Positions 1 through 9,273 of a stretch of DNA of 64,000 nt are shown here, in pieces. The DNA comes from a phage: sequence record PZ583738.1; one strand, given 5' to 3'. The position numbers and the translations under genes were made by a program. The notes beneath the pieces were generated by a model. The model made no database searches and was not told the origin of the DNA. It was given only the letters and a program-made list of their open reading frames with translations. Within the stretch, counting starts at the first letter, position 1; each line of letters starts with the position of its first letter.

Positions 1-474
1 GCCTTCATAGTTCTCGAGATAATATCGCGCCAGAAGCGCCTGGATGAGGCTTTTACCTGCAGACGTAGGTAAGTTCAGAATCTTTCTTCTGTTGACCAGA
101 CCATCATATACGGCGTCAGATTGATACCAATGGGGCGTTATCTTGGTATTGCCTGAATAGATTTCTTTTGACTCGACCCATTTGTCGAATTCTTCGCGAG
201 AGATTTCTTCTTTCTCGGTGATTTGTGGGTCAATCCAGAATGAATAACCAAACTGGTCAGCGAACTTTTTAATTTGATTAACCAAACCGTATGGTAATTT
301 ACGATTGTAATCCAGGAGGCGGATTCGTCCGTCCCAAACTCCCTGCTTGAACTTTGGATTGAAGCGATAGTTTTCAGCTTCGAAGCTGAAGTAATCACGG
401 AGTTCGTAGAAGATTCCATCTTCGCATTCAACATGCACGTGACTAAAATTTAGAAAGTTGATTTTAATATCCAT
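1..474 (-). CDS. uvsW: UvsW-like SF2 helicase, N-terminal 158 codons (gene continues beyond window start)
   Basis: Edge-truncated frame absent from ORF track; hand translation of reverse strand from ATG at 472-474 gives MDIKINFLNFSHVHVECEDG...LNLPTSAGKSLIQALLARYYLENYEG with Walker A PTSAGKS; matches recalled T4 UvsW N-terminus; T4-like position next to inh/hoc. Confidence 0.8.
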   Translation of the reverse strand, partial: MDIKINFLNFSHVHVECEDGIFYELRDYFSFEAENYRFNPKFKQGVWDGRIRLLDYNRKLPYGLVNQIKKFADQFGYSFWIDPQITEKEEISREEFDKWVESKEIYSGNTKITPHWYQSDAVYDGLVNRRKILNLPTSAGKSLIQALLARYYLENYEG

Positions 475-502
475 GATGATTCCAAGGTAATAAATATATC
501 TA

Positions 503-510
503 TATTTATA
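503..510 (-). promoter_or_regulatory. T4-type late promoter TATAAATA upstream of uvsW
   Basis: Reverse complement of tatttata, about 30 nt upstream of uvsW ATG. Confidence 0.45.
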
Positions 511-528
511 CACTAACCGAGGTTCATC

Positions 529-1194
529 ATGATTGACAAGAACTACATTGAGGAAATTCGTGTCCTCGAGAAAAAAGAAGCCAAAGAAAAATTAGCCGAA
601 TATGCAGCATCACTTGGTGTTGATGTTAAGAAAACAAAAACCTTTGATAATATGTTGGCTGACCTGGAAGCAGGACTTAAAGCATTTGCTGACATGCCTA
701 TGCCTGATGATAATGAAGGCCTGAGCATCACTGACCTTATCGATGCCGATGATGAATTGTCAGGTGCTAAATTTGATGGCGATGAGTCAGCTAAAGAAGA
801 AGCTAAACTCTTATTTGATGCTCCAACCGAAGCAAAGGTTGAAGTTGTTGAAATCGAAGAACCAGTTGTTGTGGTTGAAGAAGATGTTCCTTTTGTCGAA
901 GAAAAGTTCGAAGCTGCTGTTGCTAAGGTTATCGAATCTGAAAAACCTGTATTTGCTCTGCCAAAAAACTTTAGTCCAAATCTTATGCTTATTGGTAAGA
1001 ACCCTGGATTCTGTACTGTTCCATGGTGGATTTATCAGTGGATTGCCGAGACTCCAGATTGGAAAGAACGTCCAACTGCTTTCCCACATCCCACCGCACA
1101 CCAAACTCTATTCAGTTTGATTTATTACATCAATCGTAATGGGTCTGTTCTAGTACGAGAAACTCGTAACTCATCTTTTGTCACTTTAAAATAA
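529..1194 (+). CDS. acidic protein, positional equivalent of T4 inh (prohead protease inhibitor); identity uncertain
   Basis: 221 aa ORF between uvsW and hoc as inh is in T4; acidic E/V-rich middle; no motif recognised. Confidence 0.4.
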   Translation: MIDKNYIEEIRVLEKKEAKEKLAEYAASLGVDVKKTKTFDNMLADLEAGLKAFADMPMPDDNEGLSITDLIDADDELSGAKFDGDESAKEEAKLLFDAPTEAKVEVVEIEEPVVVVEEDVPFVEEKFEAAVAKVIESEKPVFALPKNFSPNLMLIGKNPGFCTVPWWIYQWIAETPDWKERPTAFPHPTAHQTLFSLIYYINRNGSVLVRETRNSSFVTLK

Positions 1195-1203
1195 GGGTTT
1201 ATT

Positions 1204-2052
1204 ATGGCTTATACCGTAACTATTGCTCCTTTGGCGGCTACGGCCGTTATTGGAGCAACAACCAATTTCACTGCGACCGGTTCCGGTGCTGCAGCTGAAG
1301 GTACCGAATCATTTGTCTGGACCGTTGATGGCGTTCCTCAATCTTCTGTGACTGCTGCAATGGATTATGTTGCTGTTGGTCCAGCAGGCAGTAAGACTAT
1401 TAAAGTTGTTGCAACAACTACACCAGCGGACGGCGAACCAGAAACAGCTGAAGCCGAAACAACTTTAACTATCCAGAATAAAACAATGTCTGGTGTTTCT
1501 GTGACATTAACCCCAGAATCAATTAATGTTCCGGAAGACACCCTAGCTTCATTTAAAGCAGATGTAGTTGGCGCACCGAGTGGAGCTACTTTTGCCTATT
1601 CATGGAAGAAAGACGGTTCTCCTGTAGTTGGCACCACGGATACTCTAGCAATCGATACAAGCACCGAAGGTTCCCAGGTAATTGAAGTTTCTGTTGTTGT
1701 ATCTGCGACTGATTATAACCCTGTAACCGTTACAAAAACTGGTAATGTAACAGTCACGGCTAAAGTAGCTCCTGAACCAGAGGGCGAACTACCTTACGTT
1801 CATCCGCTGCCAGTTCGTAATTCAGCTTATATCTGGTGTGGTTGGTGGGTTATGGACGAAATTCAGAAAATGACTCTTGCTGGGCAAGACTGGAAAACTG
1901 ATGCTCCAGATAGCCCGTATTATTTGCACCGATATACACTTCAAAAAATGATTACCGACTATCCAGAGGTTGATGTACAGGAATCTCGTAATGGTCGAAT
2001 TATTCATCGCACCGCTTTAGAAGCTGGTATTATATACGATTACGTTTATTAA
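1204..2052 (+). CDS. hoc: Hoc-like outer capsid decoration protein (short form, fewer Ig-like domains)
   Basis: 282 aa; Ig-like repeats (TIKVVATTT..., SQVIEVS) and C-terminal capsid-binding region LPYVHPLP...YIWCGWWVMDEIQKMT...YYLHRYTLQKM near-identical to recalled T4 Hoc C-terminus. Confidence 0.85.
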   Translation: MAYTVTIAPLAATAVIGATTNFTATGSGAAAEGTESFVWTVDGVPQSSVTAAMDYVAVGPAGSKTIKVVATTTPADGEPETAEAETTLTIQNKTMSGVSVTLTPESINVPEDTLASFKADVVGAPSGATFAYSWKKDGSPVVGTTDTLAIDTSTEGSQVIEVSVVVSATDYNPVTVTKTGNVTVTAKVAPEPEGELPYVHPLPVRNSAYIWCGWWVMDEIQKMTLAGQDWKTDAPDSPYYLHRYTLQKMITDYPEVDVQESRNGRIIHRTALEAGIIYDYVY

Positions 2053-2056
2053 TTAA

Positions 2057-2085
2057 AAAGGGACCTTCGGGTCCCTTTGTTTTTA
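2057..2085 (+). terminator. intrinsic terminator after hoc
   Basis: agggaccttcgggtccct hairpin followed by T-run. Confidence 0.6.
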
Positions 2086-2168
2086 TGGTACTGTACAAAC
2101 GTCGCCTGGCATAAAAACCCTGTTTACAAGTTAAAAATTCCATGTTAAGATAGCTTCACTAACTCAAC

Positions 2169-2372
2169 ATGAGAATCATTATGGATAAGGTTAAAGTACA
2201 TTTTCTGCATGAATCTGGCATGACATTTATTGAAATTGCCAAGGTATTAGGCGGGACTGCTAAAGAGATGGCAAAGGCCTGGGTTGATGTAGAACAGGCC
2301 AAAGCTAAATTTAAAGCAAAAGAAAAGATTGTTTATCGTAAACGTTTGAATAACAAAAAGGTGAAGAAATGA
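2169..2372 (+). CDS. hypothetical small basic protein
   Basis: 67 aa ORF after early-type promoter; K-rich C-terminus; in-frame ATG also at 2181. Confidence 0.4.
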   Translation: MRIIMDKVKVHFLHESGMTFIEIAKVLGGTAKEMAKAWVDVEQAKAKFKAKEKIVYRKRLNNKKVKK

Positions 2373-2632
2373 CATTCGCAGAAGAACTACGTCAAATCGC
2401 AAAAGAATCCCAAGATAAAGTTGCAAATGACTTTATTGCTATATTTCGCAAAGTGGCTATTGCCGCCGCCGAGAATGGCAAAGATGCTGTTAATATGGCA
2501 GTTTCTGAAAAAGAGTATGAAGAAGGAAACCGCGCGAAGATATCTGATTTTCTGCGAGCAGAAAAATTTACATCATTTACCTGGAATTATGATTGGCAAG
2601 AAGCCAAGCCAATGCTGTATGTAAAATTCTGA
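2369..2632 (+). CDS. hypothetical protein
   Basis: 87 aa ORF, start overlaps preceding stop (ATGA coupling). Confidence 0.45.
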   Translation: MTFAEELRQIAKESQDKVANDFIAIFRKVAIAAAENGKDAVNMAVSEKEYEEGNRAKISDFLRAEKFTSFTWNYDWQEAKPMLYVKF

Positions 2633-2763
2633 CCCTTTTTGCTTCAAATAAAATTGTGGTATAATGGTTCTAGACCCCTTTGTGACTATTAATTCCTTTC
2701 AGAGAAAGAAAGTATAATGGGTCTAATTTATAATGATATTTATAACATCAAAAGTGAGAGATT

Positions 2764-3771
2764 ATGTTTAAGAAATACAACAGCCTTGAAAATCACTATA
2801 ACAACAAGTTCATTGAAAAGATTCGCCTGCAAGGCTTCACCAGCGGTGAATGGGTAGCTCGCGAGAAGATTCATGGTACCAACTTTTCATTAATCATTGA
2901 ACAAGACAATGTGACATGTGCGAAACGCACTGGACCTATCCTGCCTGCAGAAGATTTCTATGGTTATGAAATTGTATTAAAGAATTATGCTGATTCTATT
3001 AAATCTGTGCAGAAACTTTTGCAGGATATTAATTACCAGGCATACCAGATTTATGGTGAGTTTGCCGGGGCAGGTATCCAGAAGAATGTGGATTACGGTG
3101 ATAAAGATTTTTATGTATTTGATATCCGCGTTACTAAAGAAGATGGTTTTGAATCCGTCCTGACTGACACCTTGATGGAAGCATTCTGTATTATCCATAA
3201 GTTTAAGGTTGCACCGCGCCTGGCTACAGGTAGTTTTGAAGAATTAATTAAGCTCCCTAATGACCTGGATTCTGTTGTCCCTGATTACAATTTTACAGTG
3301 GATAACGCAGGTTTGACTACAGCAAATACCACTGATTTTGATGCAAAGGCGGAAGGTAAAGTATTCACTGCTGAAGGATTTGTATTAAAACCTGATGTTC
3401 CTGCATGGTTACCTAACGGCGAGCGTGTAGCGATTAAATGTAAGAACTCTAAATTCAGTGAAAAGAAAAAGTCTGATAAGCCTATTAAGGCTGCAGTGGT
3501 TCTGAGCCAAAATGATATGGATTTACTGTGGAATTTCACTGATTATGTGACTGTTAACCGTATCAACAATGTTATCAGTAAAATTGGGGAAGTAACACCG
3601 AAGGATTTTGGAAAGGTAATGGGGTTAACAGTCCAAGATATTCTGGAAGAAGCGGGGCGCGAAGGTCTTGAATTATCCCTGACGGAAAATCCTGTTGAAG
3701 TTAAAAAGCAACTCATCACAAATGTAAGAGAAACATTAAGACATGTTTGGATTGCATTAGTTAGTGAATAA
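2764..3771 (+). CDS. rnlB: RNA ligase 2 (Rnl2 family)
   Basis: 335 aa; N-terminus [13 protein letters not shown]...[15 protein letters not shown] with nucleotidyltransferase motif I lysine (KIHG); matches recalled T4 Rnl2 along its length. Confidence 0.9.
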   Translation: MFKKYNSLENHYNNKFIEKIRLQGFTSGEWVAREKIHGTNFSLIIEQDNVTCAKRTGPILPAEDFYGYEIVLKNYADSIKSVQKLLQDINYQAYQIYGEFAGAGIQKNVDYGDKDFYVFDIRVTKEDGFESVLTDTLMEAFCIIHKFKVAPRLATGSFEELIKLPNDLDSVVPDYNFTVDNAGLTTANTTDFDAKAEGKVFTAEGFVLKPDVPAWLPNGERVAIKCKNSKFSEKKKSDKPIKAAVVLSQNDMDLLWNFTDYVTVNRINNVISKIGEVTPKDFGKVMGLTVQDILEEAGREGLELSLTENPVEVKKQLITNVRETLRHVWIALVSE

Positions 3772-3776
3772 AAATA

Positions 3777-3800
3777 AAGGGACCCGAAGGTCCCTTTTTA
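3777..3800. terminator. bidirectional terminator between rnlB and gene 24
   Basis: aagggacccgaaggtccctt hairpin flanked by A-run and T-run. Confidence 0.6.
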
Positions 3801-5078
3801 ATTTATTTCAGTCAGAACTTTAGGAAGTTTCACACCAAGCAGTACAGACATATCTGAACGTCCTGCCATCAAATCCATATTTGTTGCATCAATAATACGA
3901 GCTTGTTTATCATCAGCAGTCACTGTATAAGGGTTAGCTGCTAACGCATAACGAACCATTAATGCAATAGACGGCTGCAAACTTTCTGGGTCAACGACAA
4001 CTTTGAACGAACCAACATGTTCAGGGTCTTCCAGGTCAAGACCTTCGGTATAAGGTGCATAAAACAGTGAACCCACCATCTCTTTCCCACCGAAATCTTC
4101 TTTAACACCAACAGTCACATAATCAAATGGAGTGTTCGTATCACAATAAAGCGGTAGACCATTATCCAAGAAACCATACGCATTATCGGAGAGATATTTC
4201 TCATCTTGTGGACGATGCTTCAACCAACCGGAACCAGCCAAAACTGCAGCTACACGCGTAGAAGCAACAACGTATGTTGCGGTGTAAGAAGTTGCCCGCT
4301 GAATATGGGAGACCATCTCACACATGATTTCGTACAACTTGCGTGAAGCTTCCGGAGAGTTAGTATAAGACAGGTCAATCAGGCCATCATCACAGAGCCC
4401 AGCAACTTTATAACGCTTGGAAACTGTTACCAGGGATTGCAGGATATCTTTGTTAATTTCATCAGCCATTTCGGTAGCTAACAGGTCTTCCAGGAAGTTT
4501 GGAGCGTCAAAACCGTTTGCTTCCAGGTCCTGGGCCAGTTCCACTGTAACAGTGCTTTTCAGCTTACGAGATTTAACCGGAGCATTCCATTTGTTAACCA
4601 AAAATTTAGCTTCGGCAATTTCGACTTCCTGTGGTCCTTCAAAACGTTCGGTGATTGCAGCTTCGGACATAATACGGATGGTCAATTTAACCATCGCTTC
4701 TTGAAGCTGGTCATACTCATCGCCCGTTGCTCCAGCAAATGGAGTTGCTACCAGCGCTTTATAAACTACATTTTCAAACTGGAACAAATCGTCTTTAGCA
4801 TAAACTGCGCCAGCAACAAAAACCGGAATGGTCGCACGGTCTTTTGCTGATACTGCACCAGAATAGGTTGCACCAGTCTGGAAAGATAATTCATCTTGCT
4901 GAGTCAGGTATTTAAGACCGTATAATGCCGCCAGTGGCTGGGATGTGCGCTGTTGTGCTACTAAATCGGTGTAAATCAGTTTAGTCGTAGCTCTGGTTAA
5001 AGCTACTAGATTCGGTCGACCAATCGAAGAACTTGTGGTCGTGGTCGACTCTTTTAAGAGTTCGTTAATTTTAGCCAT
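3798..5078 (-). CDS. 24: head vertex protein gp24
   Basis: 426 aa, gp23-like fold signature (FYAPYTEGLD..., MVRYALAANPYT), directly downstream of gene 23 as in T4. Confidence 0.9.
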   Translation of the reverse strand: MAKINELLKESTTTTSSSIGRPNLVALTRATTKLIYTDLVAQQRTSQPLAALYGLKYLTQQDELSFQTGATYSGAVSAKDRATIPVFVAGAVYAKDDLFQFENVVYKALVATPFAGATGDEYDQLQEAMVKLTIRIMSEAAITERFEGPQEVEIAEAKFLVNKWNAPVKSRKLKSTVTVELAQDLEANGFDAPNFLEDLLATEMADEINKDILQSLVTVSKRYKVAGLCDDGLIDLSYTNSPEASRKLYEIMCEMVSHIQRATSYTATYVVASTRVAAVLAGSGWLKHRPQDEKYLSDNAYGFLDNGLPLYCDTNTPFDYVTVGVKEDFGGKEMVGSLFYAPYTEGLDLEDPEHVGSFKVVVDPESLQPSIALMVRYALAANPYTVTADDKQARIIDATNMDLMAGRSDMSVLLGVKLPKVLTEIN

Positions 5079-5103
5079 TGCTATTTCCTTTTGTGATATA
5101 CTT

Positions 5104-5111
5104 TATTTATA
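5104..5111 (-). promoter_or_regulatory. late promoter TATAAATA upstream of gene 24
   Basis: Exact motif about 26 nt upstream of gene 24 start. Confidence 0.5.
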
Positions 5112-5117
5112 AAAGTT

Positions 5118-5162
5118 GTTTACAACCAGATTAAGATAAGACATAATGATTCCATACTGAGT
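5118..5162 (+). promoter_or_regulatory. early promoter (-35 GTTTAC, 18 bp spacer, -10 CATAAT) plus conserved leader cataatgattccatactgag
   Basis: Sigma70-like hexamers; leader repeated at about 45977, 46866 and 47392. Confidence 0.5.
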
Positions 5163-5188
5163 TAACAAACAAAACCTGGAGTTTAAAA

Positions 5189-5470
5189 ATGAACAAAGCA
5201 ACTTTCCTTCTGAACACCTTTAAAAATCTGGAAATTGAAGTTATTGCCTTGGTCAACAAATACCCAAATGGTGTTAATGGTAATGCTCTGAACAAACTAG
5301 TTAAAAAATATGAAAACTTAGCATATGACACTGATTTCTGGTGGAATGGTAATTATTCTACTCACACTAAAGATAAAAATGGTAACTGGTTGAAACTTCA
5401 AGAAAACAATGTTAACTTCAGAGACCTCATCAAGCGCCGGGTAGAAGTTCATTTAAATGGTATGGTATGA
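5189..5470 (+). CDS. hypothetical protein (early, between genes 23 and 24)
   Basis: 93 aa ORF preceded by GTTTAC -35 / CATAAT -10 early-type promoter and conserved leader cataatgattccatactgag, RBS GGAG. Confidence 0.55.
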   Translation: MNKATFLLNTFKNLEIEVIALVNKYPNGVNGNALNKLVKKYENLAYDTDFWWNGNYSTHTKDKNGNWLKLQENNVNFRDLIKRRVEVHLNGMV

Positions 5471-5477
5471 AAACAAG

Positions 5478-5505
5478 AAAGGGACCTCAAGGGTCCCTTT
5501 TTATT
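5478..5505. terminator. bidirectional terminator between ORF 5189-5470 and gene 23
   Basis: aagggacctcaagggtccctt hairpin with flanking A/T runs. Confidence 0.55.
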
Positions 5506-5520
5506 TAACTTAATCTAGGA

Positions 5521-7080
5521 TTAAATTCCTTTAACATATACGCGGCGGAAGTAACCGTTCAAGCCAAGGCTGTTAACGATGTCCGGCATGCCGTTCTGAA
5601 TGCGCTTGGTCGGAGCCTGAGCAGCAGGGTCAGCAAACGGGTTGATACCGATACCGTAACGGGTTTTGAAGCCCATAACCGGCTGGAAGTTTTTCGGGTC
5701 AGAACCACGCAGCGGGGTCAGTGCAACATATGGTGCGTAGTAGATACCAGCATCCATTTCGTTAGCGCCTTTGTAACCGATGGTGAAGTAATCTGCACGA
5801 GCATACTGGTCGATATAGACACGGTATTTGCCACCCAGAACACCAGCGAACACAGCTTTAGTGGTGTCAACGTTGAAACCTTTACCCAGACCCTGAGCAG
5901 CATAACTAACAGAAGTATCAACAGCAGCCAGCACGTTAACTACGTTACGGGAAGCGATGATGAAGTTACCTGCACCACGACCGGTCTGACGAGCGATTTC
6001 AGCGGCTTCTTTATCAATCTGGAACAGTAAAGCTTTGAAGCTTTCACCAGCCCAACGAGCACCACGGATATCAATTGGGTCCTGGAAGTCAAACACACCA
6101 GCTTTAGCGCCAACGGTGTTGGTCATACCAGATTTACCAACCTGTGCGGAGTAGTTAATCCAATCGATAACTTCGCGGTTGATTTCCAGCATAATTTCGG
6201 TAGCCAGAATACCACTCAATTCGGCATCAGCATCCATACCGTGAACAGCGCGGAGGTCCTGTGCCAGTTCGATGGAGTAGCTTGCTTTCAGCTGACGGGA
6301 TTTAGCTTCGATAACTTGTTTGTCGATGCGGAAGCCCATTTCGTTCCACGGGTTATCAGAGGAACCGTTAAAACCTTCTTGCAGTTCGGCGATGGAGGTA
6401 GCCATACCTTCAGCCAGTTCAGCCAGCTGACCAGCTTCCAACAGAGCGGTTACAGCGGCATCCAGTTTAGCAGCATCAGTAGCAGCAGCATCAACAGTTA
6501 CAGCTTCAACAGCCTGGAAGTGTGCGGAACCTGTTGCTTCAAAGAAGTGAGAATAAATTTTACCAACTTCCAGAACTTTGCTTGCAGCCAGTGCTTCAAA
6601 AGTCTTAGCAGCGCCCTGACCAGAGAACATAGCGTTCGGAGCATACATCGGATGGAAAGCTTCTTTAGCACCAGCAGCGACAGGGTCTTTACCGTAAACT
6701 GCACGCAGGGCAAATACCTGGCCAGTCGGGTTGTTCAGAGGCTGTACGCCGCAAATATCAAACGCAATCAGATGCGGGATAGCACGACGAACCATACCCA
6801 TAACTGCCGGCCCAATCTGAGTTACTGCACCAGAGGTCTGGCCGGCAGCAATATTGGTAGCATCATAACCATGGTCACCACCGATTTCAGCTTCGGTCAG
6901 GAAAGAACCAAATGCTTCAGAGATTTTTTCGTCACGGTATTCAGGAGCGGTCAGAATATCTTGTTCCTGGTTTTCAAAGATTTTAGCGATGATAGCTTGT
7001 TTAGAAGCACCAACGATTTCAGGAAGAGCTTCGTTTTCCAGCAGAGCGGACCATTTTTGAACTAATGCATTCTTTTTCAT
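5521..7080 (-). CDS. 23: major capsid protein gp23
   Basis: 519 aa; long stretches identical to recalled T4 gp23 (AIIAKIFENQE, GSFLTEAEIGGDHGY, GFKTRYGIGINPFA, FRRVYVKGI). Confidence 0.95.
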   Translation of the reverse strand: MKKNALVQKWSALLENEALPEIVGASKQAIIAKIFENQEQDILTAPEYRDEKISEAFGSFLTEAEIGGDHGYDATNIAAGQTSGAVTQIGPAVMGMVRRAIPHLIAFDICGVQPLNNPTGQVFALRAVYGKDPVAAGAKEAFHPMYAPNAMFSGQGAAKTFEALAASKVLEVGKIYSHFFEATGSAHFQAVEAVTVDAAATDAAKLDAAVTALLEAGQLAELAEGMATSIAELQEGFNGSSDNPWNEMGFRIDKQVIEAKSRQLKASYSIELAQDLRAVHGMDADAELSGILATEIMLEINREVIDWINYSAQVGKSGMTNTVGAKAGVFDFQDPIDIRGARWAGESFKALLFQIDKEAAEIARQTGRGAGNFIIASRNVVNVLAAVDTSVSYAAQGLGKGFNVDTTKAVFAGVLGGKYRVYIDQYARADYFTIGYKGANEMDAGIYYAPYVALTPLRGSDPKNFQPVMGFKTRYGIGINPFADPAAQAPTKRIQNGMPDIVNSLGLNGYFRRVYVKGI

Positions 7081-7101
7081 GTGTTGTATAACCTTATTAA
7101 A

Positions 7102-7920
7102 TTAAGAAATTCGTGATGCTGCGAGAGCAGACAAGTCCGCGAAGGACAGGGTAGGCTTGGCGCCTTTTTCTTCAACTGCTTCTGAAATGTAATTCAGTGC
7201 CGCAGCATCGTCTACATTTTTATTTATAGCGGCTTCGGTGATTGGTTTGTCGGTGGGTTCTACCTGACCTTTAACCATTTCAACGATAGCGCCAATTTTG
7301 GTACCGAATGCATCAGAGTATTCCATGCCTTCTACCAGAGAACCAACTTTTTCTTTCTGAGATTCAGTCAGGTCTTTAGTTGCTTCAGTCAACGCAACTT
7401 CACGTTGGACATAATTGATATAAGCATCACGCTTAGAAACTTCTTCGAACAGGTTAGCGGTTTCTTCTTTCTGTTCAGCCAGTTCTTCCTGCATTTCTGC
7501 AACAACATCAACAGATTCTTCCGGAACAACAACGTTGTGCTCAACGAACAGTTCTTTCATGCTGGTGAACATGGATTCGAACAGGTCAGCTTTAATGCCA
7601 CGGTCGACAGCCAGTTTATTTTCAGCAAGCCATTCTTTAGCAACGTGGTCCAGGAATTTAGCTGCAGATTCTTTCAGTTTTTTCTCTGCTTTTTCGTCGG
7701 ATTCTTCTTTATTCTTTTCGACTTCTTCTTCAGCTTTTTCAGCGATGGCGTGAATGTGAGATTCTGCCAGTTTGATGGCGTGTTGCTTGACGGTAGCTTC
7801 GAATACAGTGCCGAAGGTAGCTTTCGCTTCCGGGGACAAATTAACTGATTCGAAAATACTATCGAGAGCAACGGAAGCATCGATATTCTGAGCTTCGGCA
7901 ATGAGTTGTTCTTTAAGCAT
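7102..7920 (-). CDS. 22: prohead core scaffold protein gp22
   Basis: 272 aa acidic coiled-coil-rich protein in T4 gene 22 position. Confidence 0.85.
   Translation of the reverse strand: MLKEQLIAEAQNIDASVALDSIFESVNLSPEAKATFGTVFEATVKQHAIKLAESHIHAIAEKAEEEVEKNKEESDEKAEKKLKESAAKFLDHVAKEWLAENKLAVDRGIKADLFESMFTSMKELFVEHNVVVPEESVDVVAEMQEELAEQKEETANLFEEVSKRDAYINYVQREVALTEATKDLTESQKEKVGSLVEGMEYSDAFGTKIGAIVEMVKGQVEPTDKPITEAAINKNVDDAAALNYISEAVEEKGAKPTLSFADLSALAASRIS
7221..7228 (-). promoter_or_regulatory. late promoter TATAAATA upstream of gene 23 (within 3-prime end of gene 22)
   Basis: Exact motif about 140 nt upstream of gene 23 start. Confidence 0.4.
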
Positions 7921-7949
7921 TTTGTAGTCCTGTTGTTAAGATATACATT

Positions 7950-7957
7950 TATTTATA
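7950..7957 (-). promoter_or_regulatory. late promoter TATAAATA upstream of gene 22
   Basis: Exact motif about 30 nt upstream of gene 22 start. Confidence 0.5.
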
Positions 7958-8591
7958 ACGTCTTTAAAGCCTCTGCGAGAGCCATAAAGGCGTCATCGGC
8001 ACTGGTATCGGCAACAGCCGTTTGTGATTCTGTAATCTGCTTTGGTTTGACCCAAGCGTCCGGAGCACTTGGCCCCCATACTGCGTCTACTCCAACCGTC
8101 AATTTAAAACCTTCATTAACGATGCTATAACCTTTTGCTGATTTAGTCAGGGAACCAAGTCCACGACTAGATACACCAGGAATCCAACCTGCTCTTATAT
8201 TTGCAGCAAGTTTATCACCTGGACCATGGTCGCCTTCGATAATACGCGCGCGGCCATATACATCATTCCCTTTCCACCACATTTCCTCGATAATAATTGC
8301 CGCCTGCATAGGGTCAACGTTTGCACGAGGTGGATGGTTTAATTCTCCAAGAGACTGCTTGGTTTCAACCTGTTCGGCGATATAGTCCGCAACGGCTTTT
8401 TCCAAAATATGTTTAGGATAAAGTCGTTTATTACGGTTAACAACTTCAGCTTGTAGGAAAATACCTTCAATATAAAGTCCTGGCTTTAAACCGCTGCTGG
8501 AACCATCATGAGATTCCAACATCGGTACACCATCTTTAATTTCGCCCGGTTGACCCCAGTGTTCGATTAGTAACTCTGGTTTCTGTTCCAT
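7953..8591 (-). CDS. 21: prohead protease gp21
   Basis: 212 aa; GVPMLESHDG, LGELNHPPRANVDP, GWIPGVSSRGLGSL match recalled T4 gp21. Confidence 0.9.
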   Translation of the reverse strand: MEQKPELLIEHWGQPGEIKDGVPMLESHDGSSSGLKPGLYIEGIFLQAEVVNRNKRLYPKHILEKAVADYIAEQVETKQSLGELNHPPRANVDPMQAAIIIEEMWWKGNDVYGRARIIEGDHGPGDKLAANIRAGWIPGVSSRGLGSLTKSAKGYSIVNEGFKLTVGVDAVWGPSAPDAWVKPKQITESQTAVADTSADDAFMALAEALKTL

Positions 8592-9019
8592 TAATCAAGT
8601 CCGAATGCTTTACGCTTAGCTCGAGCTTTTTTGCGCTTGCGCTCTGCTCTAATTTGCGTAGATGGGTTTGCTCTTTTCGTTTTAGTAGCCAGACGGGCAA
8701 TTTGACGACGTTTAGCTTTAGAAAGACCAGTTGTTTGGAAAGCATTACGCTTACGAGTAGCTCGGTCTTTTGTGCGGGTTAACTCACCGCGAGACGATAC
8801 ATGTTTAACGATAAATTCGTTAAGCTGAACACCTTCATTCAGAGCGCCGATAACCGTTGCTTTTTCGTATTCACCGGCTGCAAACATGTTTTCTACAATA
8901 ATATTTATATCGTCTTTTTCTAAGGCTTCAGATAATGAATCAAATTGTCCCTGAGCTTCTTCGGAAACACTTTCGATGTTTTCAAGAGTTAATTCGTAAT
9001 CATCAGGGATAATAAACAT
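8591..9019 (-). CDS. 68: prohead core protein gp68
   Basis: 142 aa, basic C-terminus, position between genes 67 and 21. Confidence 0.7.
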   Translation of the reverse strand: MFIIPDDYELTLENIESVSEEAQGQFDSLSEALEKDDINIIVENMFAAGEYEKATVIGALNEGVQLNEFIVKHVSSRGELTRTKDRATRKRNAFQTTGLSKAKRRQIARLATKTKRANPSTQIRAERKRKKARAKRKAFGLD

Positions 9020-9273
9020 TATTCATCGTCCTCATCTTCATCGTCGTCGCCTTCGTCAGCGTCATCAGATTCTTTTTTGTCTTTCTTTTCTGCTTTACCG
9101 TCGTCTTCATCTTCATCATCTTTAGGCTCTTCGCCTTCAATCATGATGGAACGTGCAATTTCAATCTTACGTTCTTCAATCAAACTACCGCATACTGGGC
9201 CAATGTTTTCAGCAAAATATTTGCGAACGGCTACGAGGTCGTTTGATTTAATGGCTTCAAATAAATCATCCAT
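9019..9273 (-). CDS. 67: prohead core protein gp67
   Basis: 84 aa, poly-acidic C-terminus (DDEDEDD), position between genes 20 and 68. Confidence 0.7.
   Translation of the reverse strand: MDDLFEAIKSNDLVAVRKYFAENIGPVCGSLIEERKIEIARSIMIEGEEPKDDEDEDDGKAEKKDKKESDDADEGDDDEDEDDE

Noticed and set aside
138-434. 98-aa minus-strand ORF from the track
   Set aside because: It lies in a different frame inside the much better supported UvsW N-terminal reading frame (1-474, minus), which has a Walker A motif and matches T4 UvsW.
743-1120. 125-aa alternative-frame ORF within the inh-like gene
   Set aside because: Leu/Lys-rich low-complexity translation overlapping the longer ORF; although the long ORF's own C-terminus is unusual, I have no evidence for a frameshift.
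6241-7065. 274-aa plus-strand ORF antisense to the major capsid gene 23
   Set aside because: Fully embedded antisense to a highly conserved structural gene; low-complexity Ser/Phe-rich translation typical of a shadow ORF.
7405-7848. 147-aa ORF antisense to gene 22, with nested ORFs
   Set aside because: Phe-rich translation is the mirror of the Glu/Lys-rich scaffold protein; no RBS or promoter.
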